The notes beneath the pieces were generated by a model. That model was not told the origin of the DNA and searched no databases. It worked only from the letters and a program-made list of their open reading frames with translations. A DNA stretch of 64,000 nt from positions 247,010,001-247,074,000 of the forward strand of contig NC_086097.1 of assembly GCF_963921235.1 (NCBI RefSeq), read 5' to 3'. Made by a program: the position numbers and the translations under genes. Each line of letters opens with the position of its first letter. Within the stretch, counting starts at the first letter, position 1. Origin of the DNA: Mobula hypostoma. Its lineage: Eukaryota. This document shows positions 25,501 through 38,300 of this stretch, piece after piece.

Positions 25501-27269
25501 GGATGTTATGATGACTGCATCAATGGAGCTGAGAATGATTCATTTCTTTATGTTAAAGAGTTTCTCAGGGACATTCTTTTTTTAATTTGTCATTATACTT
25601 TTTTCCTGCATTTAGACCACCACTGTTTTTTTTCCCTCGCATGGCTTATTTTTATTTGCATTTCTCGGATGCTTGTTCCCCAGTGTCATGCTGTGGGATT
25701 CAATTAGAGGATACACAGCATTATTTTTATCCTTGCACAAGGTTGGTTATCTTTTTTTGTGGGATTTAACATTTTAGAAACTATCAGAATTCTTAGAAAC
25801 AATTTATGTATATAATCTGATTGGATGTATCAGGAAAAGCCCTTTCTTGTTTTAATGGGATGTTAGTGATGACGTGCTTTTATGCAATTCCCTCAACATA
25901 TTAATTGATTCTATTGTGTTTTTTGTATTTATTGTGATTGCCCACAAGCAAATGAATCTCAGGGTTGTACATGATGACATATATGTACTTTGATAATAAA
26001 TTTACGTTGAAATATTTCTTGCCTCTGTTGACCTCTCACTGCAACATCATCATCATCGTCACTTATTTATTTATCGATTTATTGATTGATTGATTGGGAT
26101 ACAGCACAGAATAAGCCCTTTTGGCCCTTTCAGCCACACCATCAGTAACCCCTGATTTAATACTAGCCTAATCACAGGACAATTTACAATGACCAATTAA
26201 CCTACAAGTCTTTGAACTGTGGGAGGAATCCCACACAATCACAGGGAGAACGTACCAACTGCTCACAGGCAGCAGTGGGAATTAAACCCAGGTTGCCTGC
26301 ACTGTAAAGCATTGTGCTAATCACTACACTACCATACTGCCCCATTCATCATCATCATTATGTGCCATGTCGTATGACATGGGCCATCATGGTCTTGACC
26401 ATGATTTTTCTACAGAAGTGGTTTCCCCATTGTCTTTTTCTGGGCAGTGTCTTTACGAGAGGGGTGACCCCCCCCCCCCCCAGCCATTATCAATACTCTT
26501 CGGAGATTGTCTGCCTGGCATTAATGGTCGCATAATCAGGACTTGTGATTAGCACCATCTGCTCATAGGACCATCCGCCACCTGCTGCCATAGCTTCACA
26601 TGACCCTGATCAGTGGGGATAACCAGGTGCTACACCTTGCCCAAGGAAGACCTGCAGGCTAGTGGAGGGAATAAATGCCTTACACCTCCTTTGGTGGAGA
26701 GCTACATCCATCCCAGCACTCTCAGTGCTGACTCGTGATAAAATTTGGCTGCACTAGTTCTCCAAATTATTCAGCTTCAACCTTTCACCATCCAGAGAGC
26801 TGAGCGCTTCCAACATCTTGCTTCCTGTTTCTTATTTTATTTCAAGGCTCATTCATCCTGGTGTTTACTGACAAATCTCTATAGATGCATAATGGAGAAT
26901 ATCCTAACCAGTTGCATCATGGCTTCGTGTGAAAACACCAATGCCCAGGAATGGAGAAGGCTACAAAAAGTGTTGGATACAGCCCATTGAGCACACTTAC
27001 ATGCAGTCCTGCCACAAGAAAGCAGCGTCCATCATCAAAGACCCCCATTATCCAGGTCATGCTCTCTTCTTGCTACTACCATCAGTAAGGAGACACCACC
27101 AGGTTCAGGAATAGTTATTCAAAATTCAAAGTAACTTTATTCTCAAAGTACATATATGTCTCCATATACAACCCAGAGACTCATTGTTTGGTGGGCATAC
27201 TCAATAAATCCATACAATAATAACCATAACAGAATCAATGAAAGACTGCACCAATTTGAGTGTTCAACC

Positions 27270-28790
27270 ATAAGACTTTGAGACATTGGAGCAGAATTAG
27301 GCCATCTGGCTCAACAAGTCTGCTCCGCCATTCAATCATGGCTGATCCGTTTTTTCTATCTCCTCCTCAGACCCAGTTCCCAGCCTTCTCCCCATAACCT
27401 TTGATGCCATGTCCGGTCAAGAACCTATCAATCTCTACCTTAAGTACACCCAATGACCTGGCCTCCACAGCTGCTTGTGACAACAAATTCATCACCCTTT
27501 CGCTAAAGAAATTTCTTTGCATCTCTGTTTTGAAAGGGCGCCCTCTACCTTAAGGCTATGTGCTCTTGTCCTATTCCCTGCTACCATGGCAAACATCCTT
27601 TCCACATCTACTCTGTCTAGGCCTTTCAACATTCAAAAGGTTTCAATGAGATCCCCCCCCCATCCTTCTGAATTGCAGTGACTACAGACCCAAAGCCATC
27701 AAACGTTCCTCGTATGATAACCCTTTCATTCCTGAAATCCTTGTGAACCTCCTCTGGACCCTCTCCAATGCCAGCACATCTTTTCTAAGATGAGGGGCCC
27801 AGAACTGTTCACAATACTCAAGGTGAGGTCTCACCAGTGCCTTATAAAGCCTTAGCAGTACATCCTTGCTCTTGTATTCCAGACCTCTTGAAAAGAATAC
27901 TAACATGGCATTTGCCTCGCCATTCCCAACATCCTTGGCTCCTGCCAGATTTACAAGGTCCCTCTCCGTTCCATGTTAACAAATACAGACATGTGCCCAA
28001 GACTCTTGCACAGTACTGTAACTGAGGTCCTTGTTCACAAAAGACTTGATTTTAAAATTCATTTCTCTTTGTTCCAATCTCCCCAAGATCTTACTGCTTC
28101 ATTTTTCTTGCCACATCTTCTTACTTTACAATCCTCCTAAATCCCTGTGCTCTAACTGTTCTTCTGTCTTGTGCTTCCCTGACTTCCTTTCTCTCGTAAT
28201 TATGAGTTCAGCTGACTAGCCCTGAGCTTAGATTTCCAGACCCGAAATCTCTTTGCTCTTCCTCCATTGAAGTACTCCTTCAATAGCAACCCCAACCCGT
28301 AAAAACCCAACGCTACAGAAATGCCAACACAAGCTCCAAAAACCTCATCCCTGGAAGAGGAAGGATCTTCGCCTAGAAGATGGATCACATCCCTGCTCTT
28401 ATATTCTAGGCCTTATGAAGTGAATGATAACATTGTATTTGCCTTCCTCAACGCTGACTCAACCTGCAAGTTAACCTCTAGGGTGTTCAGCACAAAGTCT
28501 CTTTGCATCTCAGATTTCTGGATTTTCTCCCCTTTAGAGAATAGTCTGCACATTTATTTCTACCAAAGTGCATGACCATACATCTTCCAACATTATATTT
28601 CATTTGCCACTTTCTTGCCCATTCTCCTAATCTGTCAAAGTCCTTCTGCATCCTACCTGTTTCCTCAACACTAACCTGCCCCTCCACCAATCTTTGTATC
28701 ATCTGCAAACTTGAGAACAAAACCACCTATTCCATCATCTAAGTCATTGATATACAGCGTAAAAAGAAGCGGCCTCAACACCGACCCCAA
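27270..28790 (-). mobile_element. Fragmented CR1 3' half
   Basis: ORFs 27682..27906 and 28487..28726 are CR1 C-terminal and RT pieces. Confidence 0.85.
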
Positions 28791-30221
28791 CACCCAAGAG
28801 TCACTGGTCATAACCAGGACTTGTGATATGCACCAGCTGCACATATGACCATCCACCACCTGCTCCCATGGCTTCACGTGACCCTGATCAGTGGGATGTG
28901 TGGGGGGGGGGCGGTAAGCAGGTGCTACACCTCGCCCAAGGGGGACCTGCAGACTAGCAGAGGGAAGGAATGCCCTAAACCTATTTTGGTAGAGACGTAT
29001 CTTCACCCAGCCACCCAGAATTTCGACAGTACATCTGCTGAAATGTATCAGCTCTGTGCCTCCTCCTCCTCACAACTCTATTGTTAGCATCAGCAGGATT
29101 GGATTTATTAACTCGGTCATTCAAATCATTGACCTAGATTCTGAACATTGATATCCCAGCACTCAATTAATTACACCCTTTCAATCTGGAATCACTTGCT
29201 TATTCAAGTCTTTTTGTTTCTATCATTTAACCATTCCTCAATCTATGCCCATATATAATACCAGCCAATAATTGTATCTAGTTAAACCGTGTGCCTTCCC
29301 TCAGTAGACTGTGAAAGAACTAGTTCGGATAGCCAGTTTCCAAGTTAAGGTTCAGCTTATTGTCATGTGTACAAATACAAGTATACACACGTGCAATGAG
29401 AAACTTCCTCTCAGAGTGTCACCAGCACATAGCATCAATTTAGTGGCATGGTATAGAGGCATCTGTAAGATCAAAGTTCAATTCATGCCACTGTCTGTGA
29501 GGAGTTTTTACGTTCTCCCCATGACTACATGGGTTTCCTCTGGAAGCTCCTATTTCCTCCCACAATCTATAAATGTACAGGTTAAGGTTCGTAAGTTGTG
29601 GGCATGCTATATTAGCGACTGAAGAGTGGCCACAATTGTGGGCTTCCCCCAGCTCATCCTTGGACTGTGTGTGTTGTTGATGTAAGTGACACATTTTACT
29701 GCATGTTTCAATGTACATGAGACAAATAAACCCCATCTTTCTTTCTTTAGAACATGGAATAGTACAGATGGGAACAGGCCCTTTAGCCCACAATATTGTG
29801 CTGACCAATATAAACCCACTCCATGATCAATCTAACCCTTCCCTCCTACACAGCCCATAACCACCAACGATTTTCTTACATCCATATGCCTATCTAACAG
29901 TCTCTTAAATGTCCCAAATGTATCTACCACTACCATCACTCCTGGCAGCACATCAGTGCATTCTGCACACCCACGGCTCTGTGTGTGGGGGAAAAAAACT
30001 ACCTTTAAAGTTCAAAGTAAAATTTATTATCAGAGTACATTTATGTCATCATTAACAACCCTGAGATTTATTTTCTTGTGAGCATACTCAGCAAATCTAT
30101 AGAATAGTAACTGTAAACAGGATCAGTAAAAAATCAGAGTGCAGAAGACAACAAAATGTGCAAATGCAAATATAAATAAATAGCAATAAATGAGAACATG
30201 AGGTAACAAGAATCCATAAAA

Positions 30222-31885
30222 CCATAAGACATAGGAGCAGAATTAGGCCATTCAGCCCTTCAAGTATGCTCTGGCAATCCATCATGGCTGATCCTGGATC
30301 CCGTTCAACCCCATACACCTGCCTTCTCACCTTATCCCTTGATGCCCTGACCAATCACAACACTATCAACTTCCTCTTTAAATATACCCATGGACTTGGC
30401 CTGCACCACAGTCTGTGGCAGAGCATTCCACAGATTCATTATTCTCTGGCTAAAAAAATTTCTTCCTTACTTCTGTTCTAAAAGGTCATCCCTCAATTTT
30501 GAGGCTGTGCCCTCTAGTTCTGGATACCCCCTCCATAGGAAATATCCTCTCCACATCCACCTTATCTAGTCCTTTCAAACATTCTGTGGGTTTCAGTAAC
30601 ATCCCCCACATTCTTCTAAGTTCCAGTGAGTACAGGCCCAAAGCTGCCAAACGCCCCTCATATGTTAATCCCCTCTATTCCCAGAATCATCCTCATGAAC
30701 CTCCTCTCCAATGACAACACATCCTTTCTGGGATATGGGGCTCAAAACTGTTGACAATACTCCCAAGTGCAGCCTGACTAGTGTTTTATAAAGGCTCAGC
30801 ATTACCTTCTTGATTTTATATTCTATTCCCCTTGAAATAAATGCCAACATTGCATTTGCCTTCTTTACCATAGACTCAACCTGTAAGTTAACCTTCTGGG
30901 TGTCTTGCATGGGGAATCCTAGGTGTCTTCTCACCACTGATGTTTGAACCTTCTCCCCACTTAGATAATAGTCCACACTATTATTCCTTTTACCAAAATA
31001 TATTATCATACATTTCCCAACACTGTATTCCATCTGCCACTTTTTTGCCCATTTTTCCAATTTGTCTAACTCCTGCTGCAATCGCATTGCTTCCTCAGCC
31101 CTCCACCTATCTTCGTATCATCCACAAACTTTGCCACAAAGCCATCAATTCCATTATCCAAATCATTGACAAACAATGTGAAAAGTCCCAGTCCCAATAC
31201 TGACTAACCCCTGAGGAACACAACTAGTCACCGGCAGTCAACCAGAAAAGACCCCCTTCATTCCCACTCGCTGCCCCCTGCCTGTCAGCCATTCCGCTAT
31301 CCATGCCAGAATCTTTCTTATAAAGTCATAGGATTTTATCTTGTTAAGCAGCCTCATACATGGCACCTTCGGAAAATCCAAGTAAATGATATCCACTGCC
31401 TCTGCTTTGCCCACCCTGCTGGTACTTCCTTGAAGAGCCCAACAGATTTGTCAGGCAAGATTTCCCTTTACAGAAACCATGCTAACTTTGACTTACTTTA
31501 TCATTAGTCTCCAAGTACCCCGAAACCTCATCCTTAATAATGGACTCCAGCACTTTCCCAACCACTGAGCTGAGGCTAATTGGCCTATAATTTCCTTTCT
31601 TTTGCTTTCGTCCCTTTTTAAAGAGTGGAGTGACATTTGCAATTTTCCAGTTCCCCAGGACCATGCCAGAATCAAGTGATTCTTGAAAGGTCATGACCAA
31701 TGCATCTGTTATCTCTTCAGCAACCTCTCTGAGGACTCTGGGATGCAGTCCATCTGGTCCAGGTGAGTTATCCACCTTAAGACCTTTCAGTTTGCTCGCT
31801 CATTTTCCTTTGTAATGATGATGGTACCCTACTACTCCTTGCTGACACCCAAAGACCTCTGGCACACTGCTAGAGTCTTCCACAG
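30222..31885 (-). mobile_element. Decayed CR1 RT and 3' end
   Basis: ORFs 30665..31087 and 31482..31775 (SPGPDGLHPRVL, NYRPISL). Confidence 0.9.
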
Positions 31886-33984
31886 CCCTTAAGGTGAGAT
31901 CATTGGTTGTGGGAACATCTCAATGGATGGGCAAGTGAGTATAGTCATCCCCTTTGTTGCCCTCTGATCCTCCGATGGTCCTCTCATGGACCTCTACTTT
32001 CCTTCTCCTGAAGTCTATAATCATCACCTTGGTCTAGTTGACATTGGGTGTGAGGTTGTTGTTCTGACACCACTCAGCCAGATTTTCAATCTTCCTCCTA
32101 CATGCTGATTCATCACCAGCTTTGATTCAGCCTACAACAGTGGTGTCATTAACAAACAAATATGGCACATGGGTTATATGTACTGTGTGTGCACCTTGAT
32201 CTGGAGGACATTATTTTATTTGGTGGTATACACGTGTACAGCTGAATGACAATAAAGTTGAATTTGACCTTGAGAGTGGCAACCATCTGCTCAGCAGAGG
32301 CAGTTGATTTGGGTTTAGTTACGGATTGGGGTCAAAGACCTCCTTGCTGATAGTGTAGGGGTTTGCAGGATGCAAGTTAAAGTCGGGGCACAGGGAACTG
32401 ACCTGACGGTTGTCATAGACTCAGAGCACAACAGCACAGACACAGGCCCTTCAGCCCATCTAGTTCACGCCAAACTGTTAATCTGCCTAGTCCCATCAGC
32501 CTGTACCTGGACCATAGCCCTCCATATCAATCCCATCCATGTACATATCCAAACTTCTCTTAAATGTTGCATTCGAACCCCAACCACCACTTCTGCTGGC
32601 AACTTGTTCCACACTATCACCACCCTCTGAGTGAAGGAAGTTCCTCTTAAATATTTCACCTTTCACCCATAACCTATGACCTCTAGTTCTAATCTTACCC
32701 AACCTCAGTGGAAAAAGGCCGCTTGCATTAACCTCATCTATACCCCCCATAATTTTGTACACCTCTATCAAATCTCCCCTCATTCTCCCATGCTCCAAGG
32801 AATAAAGTCCTAACATAATTGTCCTTTCCCTACACATACGGTCCTCAAGGCCCGGCAACATCCTTGTAGATGTTTTCTGTTTTCTATTGGATACAATAGG
32901 GTCTTTTAAGAGATTCTTAGATAGGTACATGGAGCTTAGAAAAATAGAGGGCTTTGTGGTAGGGTAATTCTAGGCAGCTTCTAGAGTAGGGTACGTGTGG
33001 GCTGAAGGGCCTGTAATGTTCTGTAGATTTCTGTTCTATGTTAAGCTCAGGGGAGGTGGTCCCCACAAGTTCCATGGTTTTGGCACTTGAGAGGTGCTCA
33101 AGGAGCTCTTGGTCTTCCGACCAGCAGTTGGACAAACCCACTGCTGAGAGTCTGACAGGTTCTATTCACAACCAAAGTATACCATCATCACTTTCATCAC
33201 TGACCATTACCTGCCTCCCTGTTGCTAACTGTCCCATTCCTTCCCTCCTCCCTACTTCCTTTACAGTATAACACCTTCCCTACCCCTCTCTGACAGGAGG
33301 TCACTGAACTGAGGCTTTACCTCCAAGACCCCATGATTGTCCAAGTACTCCCAGCACTTTGTGTTTTTAATTCAGATTCCACAGAGTGCAGTGAAGAACT
33401 GTCCACGGGAAGAGTCCAGACCATGCTTGGAGTCTCTCAGGACTTCCTCAACCCTACTCACCAATCTGACAATCATATTCATGGGACCTCCTTCATCTCC
33501 ACCACAAACTCATCCCCTATCCATGATGCTAGAGCTGTAAGGGAGTAGGGAATAGTTAATCCAGAGGTATTGGATTAAGGAAATCCTTCACCTCTATTGA
33601 ACCTGTGATTCATGGTCAGATGTTCTGGTTTGGATCCAGGAGGAATTCAGCAGTTCAGGCGGCATCTATTTACTTACTGCCCAATACACCGCTGGTGCTT
33701 AGGGCAGCAAAGAATGTTTTCTTGATTGCTGTTTCCGTAACAATTTTGTTTGACCAGTCAGTGTGGTTAGTCCTGAGCTGAACCTCTGAATGTGGAGGAC
33801 CAGTGGACCACTCTTAGTCCAGCTTCCACCCTTTGACCTGTTACCCATGGGTGACCCTACAACAGCCTATAAAGCCCTGACTCCAGCGGGCATTGCCCTC
33901 TGGGTCATTGAGGCACACAAGCCTCTGAACCCTATGACAAGGTTGTGGTCCTCTTGGAGGGCTGCATTTCTGGAGGGGAATAGA

Positions 33985-34465
33985 GTCAATGCTTCGGGCC
34001 AAGACCCTTCATCAGGACCGGTAAGGAAGGGGGAAGAAGCCAGAATAAGGAGATGGGAAGGAGTACACGCTGGCAGGTGATAGGTGAGACCGGGGCGGGG
34101 GGGGGGGAGGTGACATGAGAAGCTGGGAATGATAGGTGGAAAGGGTAAAAGGCTGAAGAAAGAATGTGATAGGAGAGGACAATGGATTATGGGAGAAAGG
34201 GAAGGAGGAAGGACACCAGAGGGAGGTGATAGGCAAATGAGGAGAAGAGAAGGGGTAAGAGGGGAGCCAGAATGGGGAATGGAAAAGGAGAGCAGAGAAA
34301 GGGGAAAGCAATTGCTGGAAGTTGGGGAAATTGATGCTCATGTCATCAGGTTGGAGGGTACACAGATGGAATAAGAGGTGTTGCATCTCCAACCCACAGT
34401 AGAAGATGCCGCTGATCAACATATTGGAATGGGAATGGGGACTGGAATTAAAATGGTTGGCCACT
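33985..34465 (-). mobile_element. Older Penelope-like 3' fragment
   Basis: ORF 34012..34464 ANHFNSSPHSHS...LQPDDMSI; degenerate hammerhead (ctgatga..gaagc) at about 33985-34018. Confidence 0.8.
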
Positions 34466-35104
34466 GGATAAATATTAGCAAGGGTTTTTAAGATGAGCTT
34501 TATTTATCACTGTATTGATGACAACAATCTACAGAACATGGCACTGGCTATATTATATTTTTTAGTGTGACTGTATTTTTATTGCTATCTTATATGTGCC
34601 TTGTGCTGTGTGTAACTGTTGATACTGCATTTTGCACTTCGGTCCTGGAGGAACACTATTTTGTTTTGCTGTATTCATGGGTATTCAATGTAAAATTTAT
34701 TATCAGTGTACATACATGTCACCACGTACAACCCTGAGATTCTTTTTCCTGCGGGCATACTTAGCAAATCTATAGAAAATTAACTGTAAACAGAATCAAT
34801 GAAAGAGCAAAAGCGTGGAAGACAACAAATTGTTGAAATGCAAATATAAATAAATAGCAATAAATAACGAGAGCATGAAATGACAAGGTAGAGAGTCCTT
34901 AAAGTGAGATCATTGGTTGTGGGAACATCTCCATAGATGCGTGCAATTATCCTCTTTTGGTCAAAAGCCTGATGGTTGAGGGGTAGTAACTGTTCTTGAA
35001 CCTGGTGGTGCAAGTTCTGAGGCACCTGCATCTTCTACCTAACGGTATTCATGGATGGTTGAATGACAATTAAACTTTCTTAGTAGTTTACAAAGATTTG
35101 GCAT

Positions 35105-35333
35105 TGAAGCACTTTCAATAACTCTAAAAGACTGAAGTTGGGTAAATATTGAAAGGCTTTTATTCGCTGTACAATACGACCTCCATGCTGAGTGTCTGCC
35201 CCTGGACTGAGAGGGGGAGGCAAGGCAAAAATCACCTTTATTCAGGAATCTGTGGGAGGAGCCACAGGGGCAGTCAGCAGAGGGGCGTGTCCAGACGGTT
35301 AACCCAGTTACAATATATATATGGTTTACCACA
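35105..35333 (-). mobile_element. Solo LTR
   Basis: TG...CA ends (tgaagcac...ttaccaca); 5-bp TSD ggcat/ggcgt; AATAAA on the minus strand; cleanly interrupts a Rex1-type fragment. Confidence 0.75.
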
Positions 35334-38300
35334 GGCGTGATATCTAAACTTTGGCAAACTTCTAAGGATGTATAGTGGAGGGATATGACTGGCTGCTTCA
35401 CGGCCTGGTGTGGAAACACTGATGCCCTTGAATGGAAAATCCAACAAAAAGTAGTGGATATGGCCCAGTCCATCACGGGCAAAGTCCTCCCAATCATTGA
35501 GCACATCTACTTGCACTGTTGTCACAGGAAAGCTGCATCTATCATCAAAGACTCCCACCATCCAAGACATGCTCTCTTCTCATTGCTGCCATTGTGAAGG
35601 TGGTACAGGAGCCTCAGGACCCACACCATCAGGTTCACGAATAGTTGCTATCCCTCAACTATCTGGCTCTTGAACCACAGGGGATAAGCTCACTCAACAA
35701 CACTTGCCCCGTTACTGAACCTCTGGACTCACTTTCAAGGACTTTTCATCCCATGTTCTCAATATTTATTATTATAATATCACTTTTTCTTTGTATTTGT
35801 GCAGTTTGTTTTCTTTTGCACACTGGTTGGTTGTCATGTTTGGTTCTTGATTCTATTATGATTTAACCAATTTCCCCCTGGGATCAATAAGGTATGACTA
35901 TGACTATGACTATTATGGCTATTACAGTTACTTAGTATGCCCATTAGAAAACAAATCTCAGGGTTGTATATGGTGACATTTATGTATTTTGATAATAAAT
36001 TTACTTTGAACTTTAAACTTCAACTTGAACAATCTGCACTGCTAGCAACCCACCTGTTTAGCTCTAGTCTCATCACAGGACAATTTACAATGACCAATTA
36101 ACCTACCAACCAGCACATCCTTGGACTGTGGGAGGAAATCAGAGCACCCAAAGGAAACCCACACGTTCACAAGAAGAAGGTACAAGCTCCTTATGCGGTT
36201 AACATGAACCATGTCTGCCCCAGAGACGCTGCCTCAGCTGCTGTGTGGCCCCTGCATTGTCCGGCAGCACATTGTTGTACAAAAGAAAGGAAACTAAACA
36301 CAGTTTAAAACATAGCGTAGAAGAGTGTTGGGATTATCTTCACAGATAATTAGTTCTTTGTGAAGCAGAGTCTGATGATAGAATTGCATTGAATTCATTG
36401 TTACTAAAATTCCAGTGTCCTCATAGGGAATGCTGTGTTTGGATTTTGCAATTACCTTATCGTATCTGTATTAGTTCTGTACTGAATCTGAATCAGGTTT
36501 AATATCACCGACATATGTCTTGCAGCAGCAGAACATTGCAATACATAATAATAAAAAACAACTATGAATTTTGTAGCTGGGCATGGTAATGGGGATAAGC
36601 TCCCATTGCTTTCAAATGCTCCCAATGGCGTGTGCCTCAAATAGCCTCTGACAACCAAGTCCAGCTCCTGGCTTTCACGTGTGGTTTAGCTACCTAGCCC
36701 GGTGGAACCATTTCTACTGACAGGAGAAGGGGCAAAGGTGGGTTACTGGTGCCTTAAAACCAGTTAGTTTGGGCAGATGGGGCTCATCAGCTATGGTTGG
36801 CAGCTCATCTAGGAGAAGGAAAATCAAACCTCTGCTGCCTTGTGGCTACACCCACTCATGGGAAAGGCTTCGGAAGTAAACCCCAAGGGAACGTTCCAGA
36901 GCTGGAGACCCTAAGGCAGTCCTTCAGCAAGTTCAATGTTGACTGCCAACTCCTGCGATGCTGCTGGTGCCAAACTGTATCAGTCTCTGCCTTTCCTTTG
37001 GATTCATCAGCTTCATGGATAGGGAAAGCCTGCTACATGAGCAACAGATTGCTCGCCATATCGTACTGCCCTGGTTTGTGTAATGGCTTGTATATAATGT
37101 AGACAGCTGGCATGGAATATCCATTGTCGACTCCAACCAACAGCAGGTCTCAGAATTACAGTAAGAAATACAGGATTATAGAAACATAGAAAACCTACAG
37201 CACAATACAGGCCCTTCGGCCCACGATGCTGTGCTGAACATGTCCTTAGCTTAGAAATTACCTCGGGTCACCCACAGCCCTCTAATTTTCTGAGCTCCAT
37301 GTACCTGTCCAGGAGTCTCTTAAAAGACCCTGTCGTATCCACCTCCACCACCGTCGCTGGCAGCCCATTCCACGCACTCACCACTCTCTGCGTAAAAATC
37401 TTACCCCTGACATCTCCTCTGTACCTGCTTCCAAACACCTTAAAACTGTGCCCTCTTGTGCTAGCTACTTCAGCCCTGGGAAAAAGCCTCTGACTATCCA
37501 CACGATCAATGCCTCTCATCATCTTATACACATTATATAAAACTAAATGAAATAAATACTGCAAAAAGTGAGCAAAAATAGTGAGGTAGTGTAAATGGGT
37601 TCATTCTCCATTCAGAAATCTGATGGCAGAGTGGAAGAGGCTGTTCCTGAAATATTGTGTGTCCCCTCAGGCTCCTCTGCCTTCTCCTTGATGGTACTAG
37701 TGGGAAGAGGGCATGTCCTGGGCATGGGGGTCTTGTGTGCATCGACACAAGGGTTTCTGCGGATTCTGGAAATCTTGAACAATGCACACATAATGGTAGA
37801 GGAACTCAGCAGGTCAGGCAGCATCTTTGGAGGGGAATAGACCTTTCAGTGTCCAACTAAACCAATCCCTTAAGCCTACTCCATGTCCATATCCCTCAAT
37901 TCTTCTCACATTCATGTGCCTATCTAAATGTCTTTTGAAAGTCTCTAATGTACAATACTGTATCTGATTCCAGGCACCCACCCCTCTGCGTTAAAAAAAA
38001 ACTTGCCCCTCACATCTCCTTTGAAATTTTCCCCTCTCACCTTAAATAGATGACCTCTGGTATTAGACATTTCAAGCCAGGGAAACAGATACTCTATTTA
38101 TGCCTCTCAATCTTATAAACCCCTGTCAGATCTCCCCTCAGACTCTGCTGTTCCAGAGAAAACATCCCAAGTTTCTCCAACTCATGATAGCACATGCCCT
38201 CTAATTCAGGCAACATCCTGGTAAACCTCTTAAGCCTCAACATCCTTCCTATAATGGGGTGACCAGAACTGTATGCAGACTCAAAAGCAGTTACTATCCC

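Noticed and set aside
25505..25570. Possible C/D box snoRNA (atgatga...ctga)
   Set aside because: No terminal D box or closing stem at a suitable distance.
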